Shown here in pieces: positions 25,701 to 36,648 of a stretch of DNA of 64,000 nt. Under the pieces are notes generated by a model. That model was given only the letters and a program-made list of their open reading frames with translations. It was not told the origin of the DNA and did no database searches. Each line of letters begins with the position of its first letter. The first letter of the stretch is position 1. The translations under genes and the position numbers were made by a program. This stretch comes from Pristiophorus japonicus (taxonomy: Eukaryota): positions 6,758,001 to 6,822,000 of the forward strand of contig NC_091999.1 of assembly GCF_044704955.1 (NCBI RefSeq), given 5' to 3'.

Positions 25701-26775
25701 GAATTCCGATGCATCCTGGCCCTCAGAACGAATGTGCGTACAGAATCGATATCTTGAGATGATGATGCCTTCATCTGGTTTGAGATGGTCGCGTACCAGA
25801 GCACACAATGTTTCATAGTCCTTGTCTGTTGGACTTAAGGGCGAGAGGAGATTCTTTATGAGTCCATAGTTTTCGGACCGCAAACCGTGAGGAGGACCGC
25901 CCAGCGTCGAACTGTGTCTGCCTCTTCCACCATTTTGTTGGCCGTGAAGTACTGGTTCAAGCGGGCCACAAAGTCTGCCCAATCTCCTCCCTCCACGAAT
26001 CGCTCCAGAATTCCAATTGTGCTCATTTTTGCATGCGAGGGTTCTTGTTACCTCGTCGCCAAATGTTGTGCATGCAATAACTCAATAGACTGAATACCGT
26101 AAACTCCGAACAGGTACAAACCTGGCTCTACTTTATTGGGGCCCAAAGTGATCACATTATAAGATGGCTGGCCTTTTATACCTGGGCCAAACACACGTGC
26201 GTGCAGCCCAATGACCTCCGACAGTGCTGCCACCTGGTGGCTAGTAAACCCAAGCATACAGACATGACAAGTTCTTAGATGGCTGAACAGTCCAATACGA
26301 GAGCCACAGTCCCTGTCACAGGTGGGACAGATAGTCGTTGAGAGAAAGGGTGAGTGGGACAGGTTTGCCGCACGCTCCATCCGCTGCCTGCGCTTGCTTT
26401 CTGCGCGCTCTCGGCGACGAGACTCGAGGTGCTCAGCGCCCTCCCGGATGCACTTCCTCCACTTAGGGCGGGACTGGTCTTTGGGCCCAGGGACTCCCAG
26501 GTGTCGGTGGGGGATGTTGCACTTTATCAGGGAGGCTTTGAGGGTGGTCCCTTGTAACGTTTCCTCTGCCCACCTTTGGCTCGTTTGCCGTGAAGGAGTT
26601 CCGAGTAGAGCGCTCGCTTTGGGGAGTCTCGTGTCGGGGGGGGGGCCATGCGGACAATGTGGCCCCGCCCAGCGGAGCTGGTCGAGTGTGTGGTCAGTGC
26701 TTCGATGCTGGGGATGTTGGGCCTGGTCGAGGACGCTAACGTTGGTGCGTCTGTCCTCCCGGGGGATTTGTAGGA
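22710..26775 (-). mobile_element. RTE LINE 3' fragment split by a Gypsy insertion (pieces 22710-22772, 26270-26775)
   Basis: RTE tail on the left; colinear continuation to the right of the Gypsy LTR. Confidence 0.85.
22773..26269 (-). mobile_element. Ty3/Gypsy (Mag-like) LTR retrotransposon, second family, with internal RNase H deletion; LTRs 26064-26269 and 22773-22967
   Basis: TGTCATG...CACAACA LTRs. PBS TGGCGACGAGG (26051-26061) matches the tRNA-Ser(GCT) 3' end. PPT at ~22971-22979. TSD AGTCC/AGTTC. Gag, PR (MELDTGA), RT (LQDD) and integrase motifs present. Confidence 0.95.
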
Positions 26776-27034
26776 TGTGTGCGCGCACATATCGCAGTGT
26801 GGGCTGGCCCGTGCTGCGCCCGGATCCTCGGCTCCTCTGGGCCCCGTACCCTCATTCTCCGCACCTTCGCCCATGATGTCCCAGGGCCCAGCGCTCCAGC
26901 TCTATTTATAGCCCCGACCTGCCGTGGTGTTCTCTCACAGATCGGGCCGGCCGATGATGCATCTATTGCAGAGCTCAAAACACAACAAAAACGGTCAGTG
27001 CCACCTGTTTCTGGCGGGCAGAATTTCCAGCATC

Positions 27035-27640
27035 CGGAAGTCCTGCTACAACTGTACAGGGTATTGATGAGGCCACATCTGAAATACTGCATAAAGTTTT
27101 GGTCTCCGTATTTAAGGAAGGAGATACTTGCATGAGAGGCTGTTCAGAGAAGGTTCACTCGGTTGATTCCGGAGATGAGGGGGTTGACTTATGAGGAAAG
27201 GTTGAGCAGGTTGGACCTATACTCATTGGAGTTTAGAAGAATGAGAGGCGATCTTATCGAAACGTTATAAGATTACGAGGGGGCTGGACAAGGTGGATGC
27301 AGAGAGGATGTTTCCCCTCGTGGGATAATCTAGAACTAGGGGGCGTAGTCTCAGAATAAGGGGCCGCCCATTTAAAACTGAGATGAGGAGGAATTTCTTC
27401 TCTCAGAGGGTTGTAAATCTGTGGAATTCTCTGCCCCAGAGAGCTGTGGAGGCTGGGTCATTGAGTATATTTAAGGTGGAGATAGATTTTTGAGCGATAA
27501 GGGAGTGAAGGGTTATGGGGAGCGGGCGGGGAAGTGGAGCTGAGTCCATGTTCGGATCAGCCATGATCGTATTAAATGGCGGAGCAGGCTCGAGGGGCCG
27601 AATGGCCGACTCCTGCTCCTATTTCTTATGTTCTATGTAA
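27035..27640 (+). mobile_element. CR1 LINE 3' end
   Basis: LLQLYRVLMRPHL..C and RRNFFSQRVVNLWNSLP motifs; ttcttatg tail. Confidence 0.9.
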
Positions 27641-27689
27641 TGGGCCTGAGAGACTCGTCTTAACCAACGTCACTGAGATCCTCTCCTGA

Positions 27690-28252
27690 CTCCCCAAAGC
27701 CTTTCCACCATCTACAAGACACAAGTCAGGAGTGTGATGGAACACTCCCCACTTGCCTGGATGAGTTGCAGCTCCAACAACACTCGAGAAGCTCGACACC
27801 ATCCAGGACAAAGCAGCCGCTCGATCGACACGCTACCCACCACCTTCAACACTCACTCCCTCCACCACCGGCGCACCGTGGCTGCAGTGTGCACCATCTA
27901 CAAGATGCATCGCGGCAACTCGCCAAGGCTTCTTCGGCAGCACCTCCCAAACCCGCGACCTCTACCCGCCGAGAAGGACAAGGGCAGCAGGCGCGTGGGA
28001 ACACCACCACCTCCACGTTCCCCTCCCAGTCACACACCATCCCTCGACTTGGAAATATATCGGCCGTTCCTTCATCGTCGCTGGGTCACAATCCTGGAAC
28101 TCCCTCCCTAACAGCACTGTGGGAGCACCTTCACCACACGGACTGCAGCGGTTCAAGAAGGCGGCTCACTACCACCTTCTCAAGGGGCAATTAGGGACGG
28201 GCAATAAATGCCGGCCTTGCCAGCGACGCCCGCATCCCAGGAACGATTAATA
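27690..28252 (+). mobile_element. Non-LTR retrotransposon 3' end of a different CR1/L2-group family
   Basis: IYK.QVRSVME.SPLAW...KLDTIQDKA motif and WNSLP; exact clade not resolved. Confidence 0.7.
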
Positions 28253-28254
28253 AA

Positions 28255-28882
28255 GATAAGAAATGGGAACAGGAGTAGGCCATACGGCCCCTCGAGCCTG
28301 CTCCACCATTTAATAAGATCATGGCTGATCCGATCATGGACTCAGCTCCACTTTCCTGTCCGCTCCCCATAACTCTTCATTCCCTTATCGTTCAACAATC
28401 TGTCTATCTCCGCCTTAAATTTATTCAATGACTCAGTCACCACAGCTCTCTGAGGCAGCGAATTCCACAGATTTACAACCCTCTGAGAGAAGAAATTCCT
28501 CCTCATCTCAGTTTTAAATGGGCGGCCCCTTATTCTAATATCCTTCCCTCTAGTTCTAGTCTTCCCCCATTAGTGGAAACATCCTCTCTGCATCTACCTT
28601 GTCAAGCCCCCTCATAATCTTATACGTTTCGATAAGATCACCTCTCATTCTTCTGAATTCCAATCAGTAGAGGCCCAACCTACTCAACCTTTCCTCATAA
28701 GACAACCCCCTCTTCTCTGGAATTAACCTAGTGAACCTTCTCTGAACTGCCTCCAAAGCAAAGTATATCCTTTCGTAAATATGCAACCAAAACTGCACGC
28801 AGTACTCCAGGTGTGGCCTCACCAATATCCTGTATAACTGTAGCAAGACTTCCCAGCTTTTATACTCCATCCCCTTTGCAAT
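28255..28882 (-). mobile_element. CR1 LINE 3' end
   Basis: MEYKSWEVLLQLYRILVRPHLEYCVQFW on the - strand. Confidence 0.9.
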
Positions 28883-29347
28883 GAATATATTATTGCAATA
28901 ATATTAAGAACTAGTTGGTTTATGAGCAAAGGTTTAACAATCACACAACACATTACCAGTTCATCCACCAGGCTCACAACAACCGCGGATCCCCCGAAGC
29001 CAACTGGCTGGGGTTTTATTGAGTCTTGTGTACATCACGTGACTGGCTAAGCTACTCTTAACTCAACAGATTGACAACTATTTTAAACAAACAATAAAGC
29101 AAGTGACCTCCCCTTGCCTGCTTCCTCCAATTCTGCCCTCTTGACCATCCCTGATTATAATCGCTCCACCATTGGTTGCTGTGCCTTCTGTTGCCTGGGT
29201 CCCAAGCTCTGGAACTCCCTCCCTAAACCTCTCCGCCTCTCTACCTCTGTCTCCTCCTTCAAGACGCTCCTTAAAACTTACCTCTTTGACCCAGCTTTTG
29301 CTCACCCGCGCTAATTTCTCCTTCTGCGGCTCGGAGTCAAATTGTTT

Positions 29348-30070
29348 CGAGACCTGGTTGTCATGGTACATCAGTCATTGAAAGTTGGCATGCAGGTACC
29401 GCAGGCGGTGAAGAAGGCAAATGGCATGTTGGCCTTCATAGCGAGAGGATTTGAGTATAGGAGCAGGGAGGTCTTACTGCAGTTGTACAGGGCCTTGGTG
29501 AGGCCACACCTTGAGTATTGTGTTCAGTTTTGGTCTCCTCATCTGAGGAAGGACATTCTTGCTATTAAGGGAGTGCAGCGAAGGTTCACCAGACTGATTC
29601 CCGGGATGGCAGGACTGGCATATGAGGAGAGACTGGATCGACTGGGCCTTTATACACTGGAGTTTAGAAGAATGAGAGGGGATCTCATAGAAACATATAA
29701 AATTCTGACGGGACTGGACAGTTTAGATGCAGGAAGAATGTTCCCGATGTTGGGGAAGTCCAGAACCAGGGGTCACAGTCTAAGGATAAGGGGTAAGCCA
29801 TTTAGGACCGAGATGAGGAGAAACTTCTTCACTCAGAGAGTGGTGAACCTGTGGAATTCTCTACCACAGAGAGTTGTTGATGCCAGTTCGTTGGATATAT
29901 TCAAGAGGGAGTTAGATGTGGCCCTTACGGCTAAAGGGATCAAGGGGTATGGAGAGAAAGCAGGAATGGGGTACTGAGGTGAATGATCAGCCATGATCTT
30001 ATTGAATGGTGGTGCAGGCTCGAAGGGCCGAATGGCCTACTCCTGCACCTATTTTCTATGTTTCTATGTT
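29348..30070 (+). mobile_element. CR1 LINE 3' end (open 211-aa frame) inserted in an L2 tail
   Basis: ORF 29342-29977 is the CR1 RT C-terminus; tttctatg tail. Confidence 0.9.
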
Positions 30071-30135
30071 TTCTCTCATAATACTTCTGCAAAGCCCCTT
30101 GGGATATTTCACTCCATTAAAGGCTCTATATAAAT

Positions 30136-30885
30136 CATCATCATCATCATAGGCAGTCCCTCGGAATTGAGGAAGACTTGCTTCCATTCTAAAGTGAGTC
30201 CTTAGGTGGCTGAACAGTCCAATACGAGAACCACAGTCCCTGTCACAGGTGGGACAGACAGTGGTTGAGGGAAGGGGAGGGTGGGACTGGTTTGCCGCAC
30301 GCTCCTTCCGCTGCCTGCGCTTGCTTTCTGCACGCTCTCGGCGACGAGACTCGAGGTGCTCAGCGCCCTCCCGGATGCACTTCCTCCACTTAGGGGCGGA
30401 CTGGTCTTTGGGCCAGGGACTCCCAAGTGTCGGTGGGGATGTTGCACTTTATCAGGGAGGCTTTGAGGGTGGTCCCTTGTAACGTTTCCTCTGCCCACCT
30501 TTGGCCCGTTTGCCGTGAAGGTGTTCCGAGTAGAGCGCTTGCTTTGGGGAGTCTCGTGTCTGGCGTGTGGACGATGTGGCCCTGCCCAGCGGAGCTGATC
30601 GAGTGTGGTCAGTGCTTCGATGTTGGCCTGGTCGAGGACACTAACGTTGGTGCGTCTGTCCTCCCAGGGGATTTGCAGGATCTTGCGGAGACATCGTTGG
30701 TGATATTTCCCCAGCGACTTGAGGTGTCTACTGTACATGGTCCACGTCTCTGAGCCATACAGGAGGGCGGGTATTACTACAGCCCTGTAGACCATGTGCT
30801 TGGTGGTGGATTCAACACCACCTGCGGTGCGGGACAGTGCAGCTGCCTGAGGAAAAGAGTGTTTGAAGACCAGGCCATCAAAACT
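30136..30885 (-). mobile_element. RTE LINE fragment with a 5' inversion (~30810-30885) and TSD
   Basis: RTE motifs; TSD tctatataaat (30125-30135) / tctacataaat (30886-30896). Confidence 0.8.
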
Positions 30886-31319
30886 TCTACATAAATACAA
30901 GTGTTGTGTGGGACACAGGCTGGAAATGCAGCCTTAGACTTTCCCACTCTGTGCGTGAGTCAGTGTGAAAGTGAAGGCCCTTATCGTGTAGATACTGATC
31001 TTGATACATGGTACCGAGTCTAATCAGGGATTCTACAACTCCTTATCGGACTGATTGCCTGTTAGCAGAGAATGTAGTGACTTGTAGCATAGCAGGAACT
31101 TCTCCGAAAGTTACTGAACATGAGCAATAGATCCAGGGAACTTCTGAGATATTTCTGGTAAATGTTTAGATTCTGAACTGGTGCCAGACTCAAACACCAG
31201 TTATAACACAGACAGCAAATTTCAGTATTCCACAGGAACCAGACAGGGAGATCGGAGATGAACAACAAGTCAGAGACACGCTGCCTCTCACCCTTCCCCT
31301 GAGGCTGAGTGGGCCCCTT

Positions 31320-32015
31320 CCGCTCTGCCTCTCCCTCCCCCTCCCCCCTCCCGATCCACCTCCCCCTTCCCCCTCTCCCTCCCCCTCTCTCCTCCCCCCG
31401 CTCTACCCCTCCCCCTCCCCATCTCTACCCCATCCCCCGCTCTACCCCTCCACCTCCCCCTCCCCCTTCCTCCCCCAACCCCCCCTCTCCCTCTCCCCTC
31501 CACCTCGCCCTTTCCCCCTCCGCCACCCCCTCTCCCCTCCCCCTTTCCCTTGCCCCTCCCCCTCCCCCTCTCCCTCTATCCTCCCCCTCTCCATTCCCCC
31601 TTCCCCTCTCCCCTCCCCATCCCCTGCTCTCCCCCTCCCCCTCTCCTGGCTCTCCCCCTCCCCCTCTCTCTCCCTCTCCCCCTTCCCCTCCCCCCTCCCC
31701 TCCCCTCCCTCTCTATTCTCCCCTCCCCTTCCCTCACCCTCCCCTCGCCCCCTCTCCCCCCTCCCTCGTGCTATCTCCCCCTCGCCCTCTCCCTCTCCCT
31801 CCCCCCTCCCCTCCCCTCTTCCCCTCCCCTCTCCCTATCCCCCTCTTCCCTTCCCCTCCCCTCGCCCTTGCCCGCTATCCCACTCCCTCTCCCCCTCCCC
31901 CTCTCCCCCTCTCCCCACTCTCCCACTTCCCCCCTTCTCCCTCTCCCCCTCCCCCTCTCCCTTTCTCCCTCCTCTTGCCCCCTCACCCCCTCCCCCTTCC
32001 CCCTCTCTCCCCGAC
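31320..32015. repeat. Low-complexity poly-pyrimidine (C/T) tract
   Basis: About 700 bp, almost entirely C/T. Confidence 0.95.
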
Positions 32016-32287
32016 CACTCTGAGCTGATACCAACAATCCCGGCCATCCCTGCTCGGAACCCTGTAGCAGGCACAGCCCCGGGGCACCTGGCTGTTGTTC
32101 CAGGTGCTTCTCTCCTGAGACGAGCAGTTGACGTGTGAGTAAGAGCGAGGTTAACGTGTGAGTAAGAGGGCGTGCGATATTTATTCAGGCTGTTTGTTTT
32201 GGACAGACGACGAGAACACAGCAGTCAGGCAGGAACAGACTTATCGGGTAAACACTGACAGCTCACATTCCCCAGCCCCGCACACCA

Positions 32288-33235
32288 CAGCCATGATCTC
32301 ATTCAATGGCAGCATTGGTTCGAGGGGCTGAATGGGCCTTCTCCTGTTCCTGTGTAACAGGCTCGAGGGGCTGAATGGGCCTCCTCCTGTTCCTGTGTAA
32401 CAGGCTCGAGGGGCTGAATGGGCCACCTCCTGTTTCTGTATAACAGGCTCGAGGGGCTGAATGGGCCTCCTCCTGTTTCTGTGTAATGGCCTCGAGGGGC
32501 TGAATGGGCCTCCTCCTGTTCCTGTGTAACAGGCTCGAGGGGCTGAATGGGCCTCCTCCTGTTCCTGTGTCACAGGCTCGAGGGGCTGAATGGGCCTCCT
32601 CCTGTTCCTGTGTCACAGGCTCGAGGGGCTGAATGGGCCTCCTCCTGTTCCTGTGTAACAGGCCCGAGGGGCTGAATGGGCCTCCTCCTGTTCCTGTGTA
32701 ACAGGCTCGAGGGGCTGAATGGGCCTCCTCCTGTTCCTGTGTAACAGGCTCGAGAGGCTGAATGGGCCTCCTCCTGTTCCTGTGTCACAGACTCGAGGGG
32801 CTGAATGGGCCACCTCCTGTTCCTGTGTAACAGGCTCGAGGGGCTGAATGGGCCTCCTCCTGTTCCTGTGTAACGGGCTCGAGGGGCTGAATGGGCCTCC
32901 TCCTGTTCCTGTGTAACAGGCTCGAGGGGCTGAATGGGCCTCCTCCTGTTCCTGTGTCACAGACTCGAGGGGCTGAATGGGCCTCCTCCTGTTCCTGTAT
33001 AACAGGCTCGAGGGGCTGAATGAGCCTCCTCCTGTTTCTGTGTAATGGCCTCGAGGGGCTGAATGGGCCTCCTCCTGTTCCTGTGTAACAGGCTCGAGGG
33101 GCTGAATGGGCCTCCTCCTGTTCCTGTGTAACAGGCTCGGGGGGCTGAATGGGCCTCCTCCTGTTCCTGTGTCACAGGCTCGAGGGGCTGAATGGGCCTC
33201 CTCCTGTTCCTGTGTAACAGGCTCGAGGGGCTGCC
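32288..33235 (+). repeat. 43-bp minisatellite (~21 units) derived from the CR1 3' terminus
   Basis: Unit caggctcgaggggctgaatgggcctcctcctgttcctgtgtaa; preceded by the CR1 3' UTR motif cagccatgatct.attcaatggc. Confidence 0.9.
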
Positions 33236-33304
33236 ATTTCTAATTACATTTAATTACATTTGAATATTTTAGTTACACTTAATGCAATAATTATATTTAA
33301 TAGA

Positions 33305-33570
33305 ATTAAAACTGAGATGAGGAGAAATTTCTTCTCTCAGAGGTTTGTAAATCGGTGGAATTCCTGCCCCAAAGAGCTGTGGAAGCTGGGACATTGAATA
33401 AATTTACGACAGAAATAGACAGTTTCTTAAACGATAAGGGGTTATGGGGAGCGGGCGGGGAAGTGGAGCTGAGTTCATGATTAGATCAGCCATGATCTTA
33501 TTGAATGGCGGAGCAGTTTCGAGGGGCCGTATGGCCTACTCCTGCTCCTATTTCTTATGTTCTTATGTAA
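33305..33570 (+). mobile_element. CR1 LINE 3' end
   Basis: Matches the other CR1 tails in the window. Confidence 0.85.
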
Positions 33571-33799
33571 TTACACTAAATGCATTGAATATAATTTGAT
33601 CGAATTGATTTGAATATATATTAATAGAATGGATTCAAGATAATTTAATAGCATTACATGTAATGTAATTTAACAGATTTGTATTTAATGTAGTTTAGAA
33701 TTGCTCGCCGGTGATAACATTTAATATAATATAATGTGTCTATTTAAAAAAATTGCTTTTAATCTAAGTTTAACAGATTTGCATTGAACATAAACCACA

Positions 33800-34008
33800 C
33801 AGTTTCTGGGGGCGGGTCTGTGCGGCCAGCCAATCACAGAGCGGGATCCTACTGTTACATGCTGCCGTGACGTCCGCGGGGTGGGCAGGGAACCCCGCCT
33901 CCGGGGTGGCCAATCAGCGGCGCGGGAGCGAGTGACGTATGTGTAGCGGGGATTGGGGGGGGAGTTTCCATCAGGTTCCGCGCAGACCGAGAGGACCCTG
34001 AGGCACAG
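33800..34008 (+). promoter_or_regulatory. CpG-rich TATA-less promoter, probably of PNP
   Basis: GC box (~33809-33816), CCAAT at 33830 and 33910, CRE-like TGACGT at 33868 and 33933, NF-kB consensus GGGAGTTTCC at 33960-33969. Lies ~0.8 kb upstream of the PNP ATG across a small gap. Confidence 0.7.
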
Positions 34009-34506
34009 NNNNNNNNNNNNNNNNNNNNNNNNNNNNNNNNNNNNNNNNNNNNNNNNNNNNNNNNNNNNNNNNNNNNNNNNNNNNNNNNNNNNNNNNNNNN
34101 NNNNNNNNNNNNNNNNNNNNNNNNNNNNNNNNNNNNNNNNNNNNNNNNNNNNNNNNNNNNNNNNNNNNNNNNNNNNNNNNNNNNNNNNNNNNNNNNNNNN
34201 NNNNNNNNNNNNNNNNNNNNNNNNNCAGAGAGAGAGANNNNNNNNNNNNNNNNNNNNNNNNNNNNNNNNNNNNNNNNNNNNNNNNNNNNNNNNNNNNNNN
34301 NNNNNNNNNNNNNNNNNNNNNNNNNNNNNNNNNNNNNNNNNNNNNNNNNNNNNNNNNNNNNNNNNNNNNNNNNNNNNNNNNNNNNNNNNNNNNNNNNNNN
34401 NNNNNNNNNNNNNNNNNNNNNNNNNNNNNNNNNNNNNNNNNNNNNNNNNNNNNNNNNNNNNNNNNNNNNNNNNNNNNNNNNNNNNNNNNNNNNNNNNNNN
34501 NNNNNN
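34009..34506. other. Assembly gap (N 34009-34225 and 34238-34506)
   Basis: N runs. Confidence 1.
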
Positions 34507-34831
34507 AGAGACAGTGAGAGGGCCTGAGAGACAGAGGGAGAGGGAGACAGTGAGACAGAGCCTGAGAGAGACAGAGACAGAGAGAGACCCTGAGAGAGCG
34601 GGAGGGAGAGAGAGTGAGAAGGAGACAGAGAGACTTGAGGTCCTGCGAGAGAGACACAGAGAGAGAGAGAGAGGGGGAGACAGCGGAACCTGAGAGGGAC
34701 AGAGCGGAGACCGAGACAAAGAAAGTCTGAGACAGAGAGACACGGCGAACGGAGCCTGAGACACTGAGGCCGAGCCTGAGACACAGCGAGAGACACCGAG
34801 ACTGAGAGCCGAGCCTGAGACACAGCGAACC

Positions 34832-34854
34832 ATGTACCCGAGCGAGGGAGAGGG
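34832..34854 (+). CDS. PNP: Purine nucleoside phosphorylase, coding exon 1 (MYPSEGE-G)
   Basis: accATG Kozak context; GG|gtaaga phase-2 donor that joins exon 2 to give G-YTYEDY, as in vertebrate PNP (human MENG-YTYEDY). Confidence 0.8.
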
Positions 34855-35087
34855 GTAAGAGGGGGGGGGGGTAGGAGAGGGGGGGGGTGAGGGGGGGTAG
34901 GAGAGGGGGGGTAATGGGGTTGGAGAGGGGGGAAGAGGGGGGGTAATGGGGGTAGGAGAGGGGGGGTAATGGGGTTAGGAGAGAGGGGGTAATGGGGTTA
35001 GGAGAGAGGGGGTAATGGGGTTAGGAGAGAGGGGGTAATGGGGGCAGGAGAGAGAGGGGGTAATGGGGGCAGGAGAGAGAGGGGTAA

Positions 35088-36648
35088 TAGAAACATAGAA
35101 AATAGGTGCAGGAGCAGGCCATTCAGCCCTTCTAGCCTGCACCGCCATTCAATGAGTTCATGGCTGAACATGAAACTTCAGTACCCCCTTCCTGCTTTCT
35201 CGCCATACCCCTTGATCCCCCGAGTAGTAAGGACTTCATCTAACTCCCTTTTGAATATATTTAGTGAATTGGCCTCAACTACTTTCTGTGGTAGAGAATT
35301 CCACAGGTTCACCACTCTCTGGGTGAAGAAGTTTCTCCTCATCTCGGTCCTAAATGGCTTACCCCTTATCCTCAGACTGGTTCTGGACTTCCCCAACATT
35401 GGGAACATTCTTCCTGCATCTAACCTGTCTAAACCCGTCAGAATTTTAAACGTTTCTATGAGGTCCCCTCTCATTCTTCTGAACTCCAGTGAATACAAGC
35501 CCAGTTGATCCAGTCTTTCTTGATAGGTCAGTCCCGCCATCCCGGGAATCAGTCTGGTGAATCTTCGCTGCACTCCCTCAATAGCAAGAATGTCCTTCCT
35601 CAAGTTAGGAGACCAAAACTGTACACAATACTCCAGGTGTGGCCTCACCAATGCCCTGTACAACTGTAGCAACACCTCCCTGCCCCTGTATTCAAATCCC
35701 CTCGCTATGAAGGCCAACATGCCATTTGCTTTCTTAACCGCCTGCTGTACCTGCATGCCAACCTTCAATGACTGATGTACCATGACACCCAGGTCTCGTT
35801 GCACCTTCCCTTTTCCTAATCTGTCACCATTCAGATAATAGTCTGTCTCTCTGTTTTTACCACCAAAGTGGATAACCTCACATTTATCCACATTATACTT
35901 CATCTGCCATGCATTTGCCCACTCACCTAACCTATCCAAGTCACTCTGCAGCCTCATAGCATCCTCCTCGCAGCTCACACTGCCACACAACTTAGTGTCA
36001 TCCGCAAATTTGGAGATACTACATTTAATCCCCACGTCTAAATCATTAATATACAATGTAAACAGCTGGGGCCCCAGCACAGAACTTTGCGGCACCCCAC
36101 TAGTCACTGCCTGCCATTCTGAAAAGTACCCATTTACTCCTACTCTTTGCTTCCTGTCTGACAACCAGTTCTCAATCCACGTCAGCACACTACCCCCAAT
36201 CCCATGTGCTTTAACTTTGCACATTAATCTCTTGTGTGGGACCTTGTCGAAAGCCTTCTGAAAGTCCAAATATACCACATCAACTGGTTCTCCTTTGTCC
36301 ACTTTACTGGAAACATCCTCAAAAAATTCCAGAAGATTTGTCAAGCATGATTTCCCTTTCACAAATCCATGCTGACTTGGACCTATCATGTCACCATTTT
36401 TCAGATGCACTGCTATGACATCCTTAATAATTGATTCCATCATTTTACCCACTACTGAGGTCAGACTGACCGGTCTATAATTCCCTGTTTTCTCTCTCCC
36501 TCCTTTTTTAAAAAGTGGGGTTACATTGGCTACCCTCCACTCCATAGGAACTGATCCAGAGTCAATGGAATGTTGGAAAATGACTGTCAATGCATCCGCT
36601 ATTTCCAAGGCCACCTCCTTAAGTACTCTCGGATGCATTCCATCAGGC
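35088..36648 (-). mobile_element. Young CR1 LINE, 5'-truncated, with an open 486-aa RT frame, in PNP intron 1
   Basis: [27 protein letters not shown] and KFADDTK motifs; (tttctatg)n tail; inserted into a GA-rich minisatellite. Confidence 0.95.

Noticed and set aside
28884-29115. Possible solo LTR
   Set aside because: LTR-like composition but no clear TG...CA termini or TSD.
33721-34833. ORFs spanning the N gap
   Set aside because: Artefacts of translating Ns and low-complexity GA repeats.
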